IMG/VR virus record: IMGVR_UViG_3300020470_001965
Length of the DNA stretch: 64,000 bases
Direction: 5' to 3' (one strand)
DNA from: a virus
Both the position numbers and the translations under genes were made by a program. Of this stretch, positions 36,072 through 46,640 are shown piece after piece. The notes below the pieces were generated by a model, which had not been told where the DNA came from, ran no database searches, and saw only the letters and a program-made list of their open reading frames with translations. Each line of letters opens with the position of its first letter. Position 1 is the stretch's first letter.

Positions 36072-36592
36072 TGCAGGTATTATTTCCTGACCATTATTAT
36101 TATCAGTACAAAGCTCCTAATGCAGATGATTTTATAGATCGTCTCAACAGAGAGCATAATGTAGATAATAGTCAGTTCCCTTGGGGTAAGGACTGTGAAG
36201 TTGACCTGATTAGGTTGGGGTGGGAGGAGTATTTTAAATACCTGACACCTAGTATGGACCTACTAAGGAAAGACATGTCAGGAATATACGAATTTAGTAT
36301 ATGTGATCCTTGGTTGAATCTATATAAGAAAGGAGGATTTCAAGAGTGTCACGACCACAAGGATGCAGACCTAGCGTGTGTATTCTTTCTGCAAGAGGAT
36401 TATAATTTCTATTTCGTCAATAGAAATGTAAACCTATCACGAGTCTTCAATCAACCAGACAGACAGATGATATCAGCAGAGCGTGGTGATATATTATTTT
36501 TTCCAGCACATATGCTACATGGTGTTACTCCTAACAGGAGTGATGACATTAGGAAAACATTCTCTTGCAATTTTTGGATGAAGACGCTATGA
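36071..36592 (+). CDS. putative 2OG-Fe(II) oxygenase (TIGR02466-like)
   Basis: WLNLY..GGFQE.HDH..GDILFFPA..LHGV..RKTFSCN. Confidence 0.82.
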   Translation: MQVLFPDHYYYQYKAPNADDFIDRLNREHNVDNSQFPWGKDCEVDLIRLGWEEYFKYLTPSMDLLRKDMSGIYEFSICDPWLNLYKKGGFQECHDHKDADLACVFFLQEDYNFYFVNRNVNLSRVFNQPDRQMISAERGDILFFPAHMLHGVTPNRSDDIRKTFSCNFWMKTL

Positions 36593-36762
36593 TGAGGTTA
36601 AATTCACTTAACGTGATGGTAAGTGTTGCAAGTTGGATCAAACGATGGTTTGATCTATCCGAACCTAGACCTTGGGAGGAACCAAAGGTAACTTGCTATA
36701 TTGACGAAGAGCAAGTAGACTGTGATACATGGGAATACATCAATGAAACTAAGGAGCAGTGA
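36589..36762 (+). CDS. hypothetical protein
   Basis: Small coupled ORF. Confidence 0.5.
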   Translation: MMRLNSLNVMVSVASWIKRWFDLSEPRPWEEPKVTCYIDEEQVDCDTWEYINETKEQ

Positions 36763-36916
36763 AAACGTGAAGAAAACTTATGTGATTGAGAAAAAGAATC
36801 CTCAACACAATCAAGAGTGGAGTTGGGAGGAGACTCCTGAGCTCCGTGCATTCATTCAGCGTCAAGCAACCAAAAATTTACATGAGGATATGAAAAATGA
36901 GGGATCAAATAATTAA
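36743..36916 (+). CDS. hypothetical protein
   Basis: Small ORF (NPQHNQEWSWEETPEL). Confidence 0.55.
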   Translation: MKLRSSENVKKTYVIEKKNPQHNQEWSWEETPELRAFIQRQATKNLHEDMKNEGSNN

Positions 36917-37100
36917 AGCACTCCTAGCACATGCACAAGGAGACATTGCCAAGCATAAGGCAAACGTTGAAGTATATCTTACCAGTCCAGTTGGTATTGG
37001 TGAGCATTCAAATATCCTTGAAGCAATCGAAGATGAATTGAATATGATTGCTAAGTATGAGGATCAGATTGAGGTTATCAAGAAGTATTTTAAGTCATGA
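36897..37100 (+). CDS. conserved hypothetical protein
   Basis: ANVEVYL..PVGIGEHS.I.EAI. Confidence 0.75.
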   Translation: MRDQIIKALLAHAQGDIAKHKANVEVYLTSPVGIGEHSNILEAIEDELNMIAKYEDQIEVIKKYFKS

Positions 37101-37258
37101 GTGACATCATACTAGACAGGAATGAGCTCAAGAAACTCGTAAAGGAGGCAATGGATGAATGGGCAGCAGAGTGTAGTTACCTCACTCAAGATACTGGAGA
37201 GGGCCGCTACTATTGTTCAAAACAAGATTGTGAGGGAGTCGAATTCAGTGCTAAGTAA
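37097..37258 (+). CDS. hypothetical protein (53 aa)
   Basis: MSDIILDRNELKKLVKEAMDEW..; ATGA overlap; below track cutoff. Confidence 0.5.
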   Translation: MSDIILDRNELKKLVKEAMDEWAAECSYLTQDTGEGRYYCSKQDCEGVEFSAK

Positions 37259-37400
37259 AGACTATAGACTGAGACTTCAAATCATTGCATGTAAAGTCAG
37301 ACTCAAACGAGAGGTGACACTAGAAGATATGACTTGGGCAACCAAGTTAATTGAACATAACAACCACGCACGAGGTATTTGGGAGAGAACTGTACAATGA
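37248..37400 (+). CDS. hypothetical protein
   Basis: GTG start after GGGAG: (M)LSKDYRLRL..EVTLEDMTWATKL. Confidence 0.55.
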   Translation: MLSKDYRLRLQIIACKVRLKREVTLEDMTWATKLIEHNNHARGIWERTVQ

Positions 37401-38077
37401 AAATTTTTATTGATAGTGCTGATACTGATGCAATCAGTAGATGTTTTAAGACTGGTCTAGTTGATGGTGTTACCACTAACCCCAGTCTTATACTTAAGAG
37501 TGGTAGAGATCCAGAGGATGTCTACGCAGACCTAGCTCGTATGGGTGTCAAGGACATCTCTATGGAGGTTGTAGGCAACGGTGAAGAAATGGTTGCAGAA
37601 GGTAAACGACTTGCACAGAAGTTTGGTGAAGTTGCTACAATTAAGGTACCTTGCACACGTGGTGGACTAGCAGCGTGTAGAATATTATCCAAGGAGGGAA
37701 TCAGAGTAAATGTTACGCTTATCTTTAATGCTGCTCAAGCTATCCTATCTGCAAAGGCAGGTGCTACTTACGTCAGTCCTTTTGTTGGGCGGTTGGATGA
37801 CAATAGCATTGCTGGGCTGGAGGTTGTCAGATCAATCGTAGATGTGTATAGAGCACAAGGACACTTTGAGACACAAGTGTTAGCAGCATCTATCCGTGAA
37901 GTAAATCGAGCAGTAAGATGTTGGTATAATGGTGCTAGTATATGCACTATACCTGTGAAGGTATTTGATGACATGTATAAGCACGTCCTTACTGACAAAG
38001 GACTTGATATATTTGATAGGGATTGGAAAGCTGTCCATCCTACATCACAAATAAACGACCTAGGTTCTCTTGACTAA
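37397..38077 (+). CDS. talC: transaldolase
   Basis: MKIFIDSAD, DGVTTNPSLI, IKVP (Schiff-base Lys), NVTLIF, YVSPFVGRLDD, LAASIR. Confidence 0.96.
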   Translation: MKIFIDSADTDAISRCFKTGLVDGVTTNPSLILKSGRDPEDVYADLARMGVKDISMEVVGNGEEMVAEGKRLAQKFGEVATIKVPCTRGGLAACRILSKEGIRVNVTLIFNAAQAILSAKAGATYVSPFVGRLDDNSIAGLEVVRSIVDVYRAQGHFETQVLAASIREVNRAVRCWYNGASICTIPVKVFDDMYKHVLTDKGLDIFDRDWKAVHPTSQINDLGSLD

Positions 38078-38550
38078 TGAGAGTTATTCCTCAATATGCA
38101 CCTGAAGTTAATAAGATAACATGGGTAGACACCATGTTAAAGATTGATTCAGATGTACAAGAGGATAAGTTTATTTGTATCAGACATAATGACGATGCAT
38201 ATACATTACATACTAAGGATAAACTAATGGTTGTTAGGGGAGAAATCCCCACCATAGTATGTGAGAGTGCATATGTCCCTACATCTTTTATACCAGTGTG
38301 TCAAAAGGTGCAGAAGGACTGGAATATGAATGAGTTTCATACATATGTTAGTATGTCCAAGAGGACTTCTACATTTGGTAGACACAACGACACTATGGAT
38401 GTGTTGATAGTACAGGCAATGGGTAAGGTCACTTATAAATTTGACGATGCTGTAGTTAAATTATCTCCAGGTGACGCTGTATTCATACCTGAAGGGGAGT
38501 ATCACGACCCTATAGTCCATGGACCAAGAGTTACTCTTAGTTTTTCATGA
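38077..38550 (+). CDS. cupin/JmjC-like oxygenase
   Basis: FGRHND..DVLIVQ..G..L.PGD.VFIP.G.YH..R.TLSF. Confidence 0.8.
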   Translation: MRVIPQYAPEVNKITWVDTMLKIDSDVQEDKFICIRHNDDAYTLHTKDKLMVVRGEIPTIVCESAYVPTSFIPVCQKVQKDWNMNEFHTYVSMSKRTSTFGRHNDTMDVLIVQAMGKVTYKFDDAVVKLSPGDAVFIPEGEYHDPIVHGPRVTLSFS

Positions 38551-38747
38551 AGAAGTTTACTAAGGAGGAAATAGGTTACAAACCTACTGACAAATTAGCA
38601 AAGATGTGGTTACTCAATCCCCACGACCATCATTTTTTATATCAAAGAGACGATGGTTCTTATTATGGATACTCCCATATTAAGGATGAGGATCCAGAGG
38701 ATTACTTTTGGGAGGCACATGGTATTCAATTAGAGTTGAAACTATGA
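38547..38747 (+). CDS. hypothetical protein
   Basis: Coupled ORF. Confidence 0.6.
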   Translation: MKKFTKEEIGYKPTDKLAKMWLLNPHDHHFLYQRDDGSYYGYSHIKDEDPEDYFWEAHGIQLELKL

Positions 38748-38920
38748 CAGATTCAAACCCAAGACCCGAAGAAGAGATAGCAGATCAATGGAGTCTGGAA
38801 GACATGAAAAAGTCTATCCTTGACAACGCAGCAGAATATGATAGAATAGTGAGACATCAAAATGAAGAAGAAAAAGATGTTGAAGAAGGAAAGGGCAGCG
38901 AAGGTCAGAGCACAAGTTAA
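38744..38920 (+). CDS. hypothetical protein
   Basis: Acidic small ORF; contains internal TTGACA-16-TAGAAT at 38820-38847. Confidence 0.5.
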   Translation: MTDSNPRPEEEIADQWSLEDMKKSILDNAAEYDRIVRHQNEEEKDVEEGKGSEGQSTS

Positions 38921-39080
38921 GAGTCGGTGGTACTACTGGTTCTGGGGTGCTGCTACTGTATCAGTTTTCGCTGGACAAATTTACGTCGGTAGAGGATTTC
39001 ACAGAATGGCCGAATCTTTAGACAACCTTCTTGGTGCCGTTGCTGTTGAAGTATACAAGGATGGAATCCGATACTACTAG
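38862..39080 (+). CDS. hypothetical membrane protein
   Basis: QVKSRWYYWFWGAATVSVFAGQIYVG. Confidence 0.65.
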   Translation: MKKKKMLKKERAAKVRAQVKSRWYYWFWGAATVSVFAGQIYVGRGFHRMAESLDNLLGAVAVEVYKDGIRYY

Positions 39081-39201
39081 GCATAAATTCTTGTTACGGT
39101 ACACTAACAAATCTTATAAATAATAGTAGAAAAAAGGAGAGAACAAGATGACCTGAAACCCAAACTCTTTTAGTATGGTAAACAAATCTTGGAGGACATA
39201 A

Positions 39202-39360
39202 ATGCACAATCTCGTTTCGTTCAATCAACTTGCAGAGTGGAAGCACTTAGAGAAAGCAAACCCTGAGGATGTGACCAAAGTAAGCGATTACTACAGTTGC
39301 ATTATCGAGAACTCAGGAGATAGACAAGCAAAGAAAATGTGTAAAAGGTTGCTAGAGTAA
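39202..39360 (+). CDS. small protein (52 aa) with Cys pair
   Basis: GGAGG SD; MHNLVSFNQLAEW..DYYSCII..CKRLLE; TATAAATA at 39115-39122. Confidence 0.75.
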   Translation: MHNLVSFNQLAEWKHLEKANPEDVTKVSDYYSCIIENSGDRQAKKMCKRLLE

Positions 39361-39397
39361 GTGTTTCTAACTTTTCCATCCCCAACATTGAAGAAAC

Positions 39398-39424
39398 GAG
39401 GGCATTTATGCCCTCTCTTTTTTT
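39398..39424 (+). terminator. rho-independent terminator
   Basis: GAGGGCAT-TT-ATGCCCTC followed by T run. Confidence 0.75.
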
Positions 39425-39431
39425 GTACCCG

Positions 39432-39439
39432 TATAAATA
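39432..39439 (+). promoter_or_regulatory. late promoter TATAAATA for tail-fibre module
   Basis: Exact consensus upstream of 39466. Confidence 0.75.
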
Positions 39440-39465
39440 AAACTGTAAGAATTGTACTGTAAATA

Positions 39466-40809
39466 GTGGCAACTAAAAGAATATCCCAGTTAGAAACGAT
39501 AGCGGATGCACTGGTAACTGGTGAAGCTATTCTTCCTATTGTAATATCTGACCCTCTTATACCTAACAGGAAGTCAAAGGTTAATCAACTTTTCCGTGGT
39601 GTGAGTGCAGGTAGTCAGACTGCACCAGGACTAGCTTTCGACCTTGACCGAGATTCGGGCATGTATCAGAGTGCTGTCGATGAAATAGGACTCACATTTG
39701 GTAGTGCTGCTCTCTATAATAGTAGAAGAGCGAATACCGATGGGTCATCTACTCTGTTAATCAAAGCAATAGATACGGCATCTGCCACATCTAGTCTTGA
39801 GATACAACCACAGGGTAGTGGTTTCTTTACAGTTGCTGGACCTATAATTCAGACAGACGTACAATTCTATCTTGAAGGTGACCAGAATACTGGTAAGAGA
39901 GCACACTTTAATGTAGATACTATTAGTACACAGTCAGGTACACGTCGTTTTGACTTACCTAATGTTGGCACCGCCACTAGCACAACATTGGTAGCAAATG
40001 ACACCTTCCAGACTATAACTAATAAAACAATTCTTATTAAGGACGCAGAGCTTCAGATTACAGGTTCTACGGATACTTCAAAGATAGCAAAGTTTGAGTG
40101 TGACGCATGGGAATCACCAGGCGACCATACCTATAAACTACCTGACTTTGGTGCTGCACAGACTCAATCAACACTGATTGACGATATTACTGAGCAGAAT
40201 CTATTCAATAAGAATGTGGTCAACCCTACATTCTCGAATACACCAAGTAATGACCCTAATACACCTACTAACTACATTATATTTGATCAAAGTCAAATTA
40301 CGCAGGATAGAAGTGTTGTATGGCCAGACCTAAATATTACGGTAGTAGGTGAGGATTCATCTCAGACTATTACAAACAAGGTTTACAAAGGAGCAGTATT
40401 CTGCGATACTGATCCAGCAGAAGGAGCAGGTAGGAAGATATCTTTCGACCTATCTAATATAGAGGATAATCAGACTTATGTCTTTGGTTTCCCTGATAAT
40501 GATCCTGCTGCACCTCTGAATAATAATAATGCAACAAATATTCTAGTTTCAGAGAGAAAAACACAGACACTCTACAATAAAACGCTAGAGTATGCTAAGA
40601 TAAATAACCCTAACGACGTTAATGGTATCATTACGTTCGAGATGGCAAATATCACGGGTGCTAGGAATATCCAGTTCCCTGATGCTGATGCTACGCTACT
40701 ATCTACTAATAATATTAGTGATGTATCAATTAGTTTCGGTGGTGCAATCGCAGCCCCTGTACTTGGTGGGCAACTAAGACTACAATCCTTTTTCCAATCA
40801 GGTTGGTAA
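39466..40809 (+). CDS. tail fibre / virion structural protein
   Basis: KRISQL start, GSxxAPGLAF motif, repeated QTITNK/QTLYNK units. Confidence 0.75.
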   Translation: MATKRISQLETIADALVTGEAILPIVISDPLIPNRKSKVNQLFRGVSAGSQTAPGLAFDLDRDSGMYQSAVDEIGLTFGSAALYNSRRANTDGSSTLLIKAIDTASATSSLEIQPQGSGFFTVAGPIIQTDVQFYLEGDQNTGKRAHFNVDTISTQSGTRRFDLPNVGTATSTTLVANDTFQTITNKTILIKDAELQITGSTDTSKIAKFECDAWESPGDHTYKLPDFGAAQTQSTLIDDITEQNLFNKNVVNPTFSNTPSNDPNTPTNYIIFDQSQITQDRSVVWPDLNITVVGEDSSQTITNKVYKGAVFCDTDPAEGAGRKISFDLSNIEDNQTYVFGFPDNDPAAPLNNNNATNILVSERKTQTLYNKTLEYAKINNPNDVNGIITFEMANITGARNIQFPDADATLLSTNNISDVSISFGGAIAAPVLGGQLRLQSFFQSGW

Positions 40810-40816
40810 ATAAACA

Positions 40817-43000
40817 ATGACAGCAGGAAAACTAGCCTCGGCAAAACCAGGCGCAACAACAAATACGGTGCTTTATAGGTGTCCGACAACTAAAACTGGT
40901 AGCACAGTATTGAATGTGTGCAATCAGGGAAGCGGTAGTGCTACTTATAGAGCTGCATTGAGAAACTATGACCAAGTTTTACACTTGGATGGTTTAAATA
41001 CCTCAGCATATAAATTCCAGAAGGGTAATCCAGTTAGCGCATATAAACTGACGCTGCTTCCAGGATTACAATTTAGCGGTGCTATACCTGGGACAGAATT
41101 TACAACAACGAATTCCGCATCAGCAAAGATACTTGATGTATTCAAAGCAACTTCGGATGTTACTTATTATGTTGCTGTTAAAGACGTAAGTAGTTTAGCG
41201 TTGGCAGCAGATAGTCTTGCTGGTTCATTTAGTGGTGGTGAGACAGTAACGGGTGCAACTTCAGGATATACGGGTATATTAAGAGGTGACAGTGGCACAG
41301 GTACTGCATTAACGATGGAGTATACTGATGTTGCTAGTGGAGCAACAACATTTAAGGTATCTCGTAACACTGGTCTTGGTGACGGAATGTATCTGACCTT
41401 AGGTCAAGAAGCATCTGCTGATACAGAAGTTGTTACGATTGATGCTAGTGGTATTAATACTTCAAACAATACTCTTACTGTTACACGTGCTAGGTTAGGT
41501 ACAACTGCAAGAGCAATCCCTGGTGGTCTTTCAATCAATGCTTGGTCAGCATCGGCAACGGTAACGACCATTGATGAAGGTGGTACTTATGCTGCTAGTG
41601 ATGCAACTCTAACTGTTGCTGATTCTACTGGATTCATATCTGGTGGTAAAATCCTGATTGATAACGAGATTCTAACCATTGATGCTGTTAACGGTAATGA
41701 CCTAACAGTGCAACGTGGTAGATATGGTACTGCTGACGTTGACCATAACAATGGTGTTAACGTTACTTTACTTACAGATAACGGAGTATACTTAGCAAAC
41801 TATTGGACAGAAGGAGAGAATATTACTGGTGGTACTTCTAATGCATCTGCCACAGTTGATTTCCCTGTATCTACACAAGCATTAATCGAGACAAAGTATG
41901 TCTTGTCTGATACTGGTGTTAATGGCACTGACCATACCCTAAGGACTAACGTCCAAATGACACAGGGTAGGACATATATCTTTAACTTAGAGAATGCTAC
42001 TTGTAATAACCATCCGTTAAAATTCTCATCTGATGATGCAGATGGTCCTAACGGGTCAGGTACTGAATATACCTCAGGTGTTAGTAAGGTAGGTACCGCT
42101 GGTACATCTGGAGCATATACATCTATTGAGGTAACAACATCAACAGAAGTTTCGATGTTTGCCTACGCAGATGGCACACCTGCTGGATCAACTACTGGAA
42201 GAGGTTTTGGAGTCCAGGTACAGTTTGACCCAGTATATGCAGATATCTACATCTATGATGTAGAAGGAGAAGCGTTGGTTGCTGGTGATACATTTACTAT
42301 CAATAATGTTACTCAGACTATTCAACCAAACGGTGTAACTCCTGGACCATATGGATATGTCCAAGCATTCGATGCATCACAATGTCACTTAATGGTTTCA
42401 TTGGGAGAAGGATCACAAGCATTTGCTGCTAATGATGAATTCTATGACAACCCTACACTGAATAATGGTACTCGTACCATGTGTAAGGCAGTCACTGGTA
42501 AAGCATTGACATTAGGATCTCCTAGTGCTGCTGATGCATCAAGGACAGCAGGTACATACACCAATATATCACCTAACTCAACAGGTGGTTCTGGAGACCT
42601 AACAACTACTAAAGTAACTGTAGTGGTTGATGGATCTGGAGCAGCAACTATTACCCTACTCAATGGTGGGTTTGGACATGCTGCATCTGACACTTTAACT
42701 ATCAATGACTCACAACTTGGTGGTGGAGGTGGTGCTAACTTGACAGTTGATGTTTCAACAATTAGCACAGCAATACACACGGATCAAACAACTGTGTATT
42801 CCGATAGTGAGTGGATATTCTACGATAAAGCTATCGCAACCAAGGTAACTGATAAGAATACAAGTATTGTTGTTGGTCCTGGAGAAAATCTGTTGGTGTA
42901 TTCCTCAGCAGCAGACCTTAGTTATGTTGTCAATGGGTTTGAAACAGCGTCTGAAGATTTCCTAGTACTCAATATGAGCAAGGTAAACGTAGGCGGGTAA
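40817..43000 (+). CDS. virion structural (fibre-associated) protein
   Basis: Thr/Gly/Ser-rich; repeated LTVxRxxxGT domains; late-promoter-like GTAAATA upstream. Confidence 0.7.
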   Translation: MTAGKLASAKPGATTNTVLYRCPTTKTGSTVLNVCNQGSGSATYRAALRNYDQVLHLDGLNTSAYKFQKGNPVSAYKLTLLPGLQFSGAIPGTEFTTTNSASAKILDVFKATSDVTYYVAVKDVSSLALAADSLAGSFSGGETVTGATSGYTGILRGDSGTGTALTMEYTDVASGATTFKVSRNTGLGDGMYLTLGQEASADTEVVTIDASGINTSNNTLTVTRARLGTTARAIPGGLSINAWSASATVTTIDEGGTYAASDATLTVADSTGFISGGKILIDNEILTIDAVNGNDLTVQRGRYGTADVDHNNGVNVTLLTDNGVYLANYWTEGENITGGTSNASATVDFPVSTQALIETKYVLSDTGVNGTDHTLRTNVQMTQGRTYIFNLENATCNNHPLKFSSDDADGPNGSGTEYTSGVSKVGTAGTSGAYTSIEVTTSTEVSMFAYADGTPAGSTTGRGFGVQVQFDPVYADIYIYDVEGEALVAGDTFTINNVTQTIQPNGVTPGPYGYVQAFDASQCHLMVSLGEGSQAFAANDEFYDNPTLNNGTRTMCKAVTGKALTLGSPSAADASRTAGTYTNISPNSTGGSGDLTTTKVTVVVDGSGAATITLLNGGFGHAASDTLTINDSQLGGGGGANLTVDVSTISTAIHTDQTTVYSDSEWIFYDKAIATKVTDKNTSIVVGPGENLLVYSSAADLSYVVNGFETASEDFLVLNMSKVNVGG

Positions 43001-43037
43001 TTAGCCCCAATAAATATATCAGTAGGACTCCTAATCA

Positions 43038-46000
43038 ATGGCACTTACTCGTCTTAAAAATATCATCACGTCGAGGACTGGACGTATTATCTACGTCAAC
43101 CCCGACGATTTTGATGCATCGGATGCTTATGATAACCGAGGTAACTCTGCATTGCGTCCATTTAAGACGTTGCAACGTGCATTCCTTGAAGTAGCAAGAT
43201 TTTCATATAGAGTTGGTCTTTCAAACGACGAATTCGACGCATTCTCCATATATCTCTACCCATCTGAGTATGTGGTAGACAACAGACCAGGTTTATCTGA
43301 CTATAATCAGATACAACCATTTAATGAGAATACTAACTTTGATCTCACCTCAGCTGCTAACGAATTGTATAAATTCAATTCGACTCGTGGTGGTGTTATC
43401 GTCCCCAGAGGTTGTTCTGTTGTTGGATCAGACCTTAGAAGAACGAAAATTACACCTAAGTATGTACCTTATCCTACAGTACAAGGATCCCTGGGAATAA
43501 CTGCTGCTAACGAACCCCTACCATCTGCTATATTCAAACTTACTGGTGGTTGCTATTTCTGGCAACAATCATTCTTTGATGGTGATAGCACAGGGGTATA
43601 CTATCGTGATGACTTATCACAGATAGCTCCAAACTTCTCACATCACAAACTAACGTGTTTTGAGTTTGCGAATGTAGAAGACTTAGAATTATATTACCAG
43701 AAGATATCCAAAGGATACGCTGTTATACCAGATACCTCAGGTATTGTTGCACAAGACCAGATGCAACCAAGGGTTGAGGAAAACAGAATCGTTGGTCCAA
43801 TTTCTGATGAATTCGCTGTATCACAGATTATCAGAAATGGACAAACTGCGACTGCTTTTACAGTCGATGAACTTGGCAACCCGAAGAATCATGGATTCTC
43901 CGTGGGTGTCGCTGTTAATATATCTGGCGTTACTGGTCCTACTGACCAAGACGCTCTCCTCTATAATGGATCATTCTTGGTAACATCTGCACAAGGTAAC
44001 CAATTCACCTATCAGATGTCTGCCGAGCCTTCAGGTAATGCACTAGGCAATAACATACTCGTCAAAGTCGAGATTGATACGGTTGATAGTGCCTCTCCAT
44101 ACGTCTTTAACTGTTCCCTACGCTCTGTATGGGGAATTAACGGGATGCATGCTGATGGTAGCCAAGCCACAGGTTTCAAATCGATGGTTGTTGCCCAGTT
44201 TACGGGTATATCGCTACAGAAAGATGACCGAGCGTTCGTACTTTACAACCAGAGCACTGGAGCATATGAGGCCCAAGCTGCGGGAAGCGGTGCTCACATT
44301 AATGGACTCGCCAAATACCGAAAAGGATGGCGACATCGACACATCAAAGCCTCGAATGACGCTTTCATTCAGGTCGTTAGTGTATTCGCTGTGGGCTTCG
44401 GTGACCACTTCTTCTCCGACTCAGGAGGAGACCTCTCAATCACTAACTCAAACTCAAACTTCGGAAACACTTCTCTCCGATCTAAGGGCTTTAAGGCAGC
44501 AGCATTTACGAAGGATAAAGCGGGTCAAATCACGCACGTCATCCCGCCTAAAGACCTGAGTGATGTTGATGAGATATCAATTAACTGGGTTACAGTTGAT
44601 ATCACTAAGACACGAAGTGTTGCAGACCCAACAAAACTATTCCTCTACGGATATACTGTAGAGACAGGCCGACCACCGAGCAAAGTACAGGGATATACTG
44701 TAGGTGCTAGACGTGATGACGTTAACACCCCAGATCGCCTATATGTGCTCTTGATTGCCAGTGGTGCGTCTGAACCAACTACTCATTATGCTGAGATTAA
44801 TCCATCTGGTACATCTGTAACAGGTACTAGAGCAGGTGATGATGATTCACCACTCAAGTGGGATAGTAGTAACAACCAGTGGTATCTACAGGTTGATGGT
44901 AATGCTAATACCATATACACTACACTACAGGCAAACAGTCTGTATCAGAACCTAGGATTTACTCCTACTACATTCATCCGAAGGGTACCCGATGCTAGAA
45001 ACTTGGTTGACAGGATTTACAGGTACCGCTATGTTTTGGACAAGGATGCATTCCCTGTACCAAGAGAGCCTATCACAGGTTTTGTTATCCAACCACGAAG
45101 TAGTGAAACAAACAGTCCAGCATATACCAAGACATATTACGTTTACGCTGTAGAGACACACCAGACATTTGAGAGAGGTGTGACTGACGGTGTATATTAT
45201 TTGACGTTATTGAATGCTTCAGTAGCACCATCAACGTCAAACTTTAATGATTTTGCATTCTCACAGGCAACAGTAGATTTGTATCCTGCATTTGACAGAG
45301 ATAACCCAGTTGCTGACCCTGCTGCATCTGTATCGATAGCAGATAACGAGACACTAGGTGTGGTTACCACTACAGATGGTGCATCACCTACTCCTAATGA
45401 GGATACTCAGAGGTCAATTACTAAAGAAACCTCACAGTTCTTCTTGTTAGAAGCAGAGAATAACCTAGGATATAACACTACATCCAATGTATTGAATGGT
45501 ATCAGTGTTACATCAAGACTAGGTGAAGCAGAAGACCGTAAGATTCCACTGAAGTTGAATGCTGATAACTCAGTACAACCTCTACTCTGTGAGTTACGAA
45601 GATACTCAATTCTCAGAGCATCAGGTCACACGTTTGAGTATCTTGGATTTGGTCCAGGTAACTACTCAACAGCATTCCCATCTACACAGGTAGAAGTATT
45701 ATCACCAGCAGCAGTTAGACTATCACAGTCACTGAAAGAAGGAGCAGGTGTTGCATACTACTCTGGTGTAAACAGTGATGGTGAGTTATTTGTTGGTAAC
45801 CAGGTCATTAACCCTGTTACTGGTCAGATAACTAACGAAGATATTGCTCAACTTAATGTGTTGGGTGAAGAAGGAACAACGATTGAAACCTTCTCAGAGA
45901 TTGTGCTTACCGATAAACTAACAGTTATTGGTGGTGCATCTAACCAGTTAGAATCAGTATTCTCTGGTCCTGTTACATTCCAGAAGAAAGTAACATCACA

Positions 46001-46610
46001 GGATACGATTCAAACACTCAATATGACCTATTCTAACGAGGATGGCACAGTGTTGAGAAACACTTTCCTCGCTGAAGATGATGGTACTGGTACTCCTACC
46101 ATAACTGGTAGTGCTGCATTTAACAGTGGAGATATTGCCTATAATATTGATTGGACTCCTGGTACATTCTTAGGATGGATATATGATACTGGCACTTGGT
46201 ACAAGTTTGGACTGAGTGACACTGCACCTATAACATCTAACAGATATGCAGGTGTAACTCATTATGGTATTGGTGAAGCACCAGATGCAAACAATAGAAT
46301 GAAGATCACAGGTAACGTGAAGGTTACAGGTGATATTGATGTAACTGGTAAGTATGGTTGCGCTGATAAGTATTCTCTCGCAACAGGTGTGAACCTAGGT
46401 AATAATGGGGTTATGTATGCTGGAAATGGGTCAACGACTACGTTTGCTATTTCACCAGGACATAATCAACATTCTGTTTTTGTATTCCTCAATGGTGTAT
46501 GCCAACGACCTGGTACTGATTATACTGTGACTGCTAACGCTGTTGATTTCAGCATTGGCACTACTCCCCAAACAGGAGATAACATCATGATACGTGAATT
46601 AGTTATCTAA
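43038..46610 (+). CDS. large tail fibre/spike protein
   Basis: IIYVNP..RPFKTLQRA..PRG.SVVG.DLR beta-helix-type N-terminus; C-terminal GNGSTTTF..VFLNGV.Q.P..DY domain. Confidence 0.8.
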   Translation: MALTRLKNIITSRTGRIIYVNPDDFDASDAYDNRGNSALRPFKTLQRAFLEVARFSYRVGLSNDEFDAFSIYLYPSEYVVDNRPGLSDYNQIQPFNENTNFDLTSAANELYKFNSTRGGVIVPRGCSVVGSDLRRTKITPKYVPYPTVQGSLGITAANEPLPSAIFKLTGGCYFWQQSFFDGDSTGVYYRDDLSQIAPNFSHHKLTCFEFANVEDLELYYQKISKGYAVIPDTSGIVAQDQMQPRVEENRIVGPISDEFAVSQIIRNGQTATAFTVDELGNPKNHGFSVGVAVNISGVTGPTDQDALLYNGSFLVTSAQGNQFTYQMSAEPSGNALGNNILVKVEIDTVDSASPYVFNCSLRSVWGINGMHADGSQATGFKSMVVAQFTGISLQKDDRAFVLYNQSTGAYEAQAAGSGAHINGLAKYRKGWRHRHIKASNDAFIQVVSVFAVGFGDHFFSDSGGDLSITNSNSNFGNTSLRSKGFKAAAFTKDKAGQITHVIPPKDLSDVDEISINWVTVDITKTRSVADPTKLFLYGYTVETGRPPSKVQGYTVGARRDDVNTPDRLYVLLIASGASEPTTHYAEINPSGTSVTGTRAGDDDSPLKWDSSNNQWYLQVDGNANTIYTTLQANSLYQNLGFTPTTFIRRVPDARNLVDRIYRYRYVLDKDAFPVPREPITGFVIQPRSSETNSPAYTKTYYVYAVETHQTFERGVTDGVYYLTLLNASVAPSTSNFNDFAFSQATVDLYPAFDRDNPVADPAASVSIADNETLGVVTTTDGASPTPNEDTQRSITKETSQFFLLEAENNLGYNTTSNVLNGISVTSRLGEAEDRKIPLKLNADNSVQPLLCELRRYSILRASGHTFEYLGFGPGNYSTAFPSTQVEVLSPAAVRLSQSLKEGAGVAYYSGVNSDGELFVGNQVINPVTGQITNEDIAQLNVLGEEGTTIETFSEIVLTDKLTVIGGASNQLESVFSGPVTFQKKVTSQDTIQTLNMTYSNEDGTVLRNTFLAEDDGTGTPTITGSAAFNSGDIAYNIDWTPGTFLGWIYDTGTWYKFGLSDTAPITSNRYAGVTHYGIGEAPDANNRMKITGNVKVTGDIDVTGKYGCADKYSLATGVNLGNNGVMYAGNGSTTTFAISPGHNQHSVFVFLNGVCQRPGTDYTVTANAVDFSIGTTPQTGDNIMIRELVI

Positions 46611-46640
46611 AATAAATAGTATTAATAGGGGATATACCAC

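Noticed and set aside
44074-44559. 161-aa overlapping ORF in the large fibre gene
   Set aside because: Alternate-frame ORF in a locally GC-richer stretch; no SD or recognisable motif.
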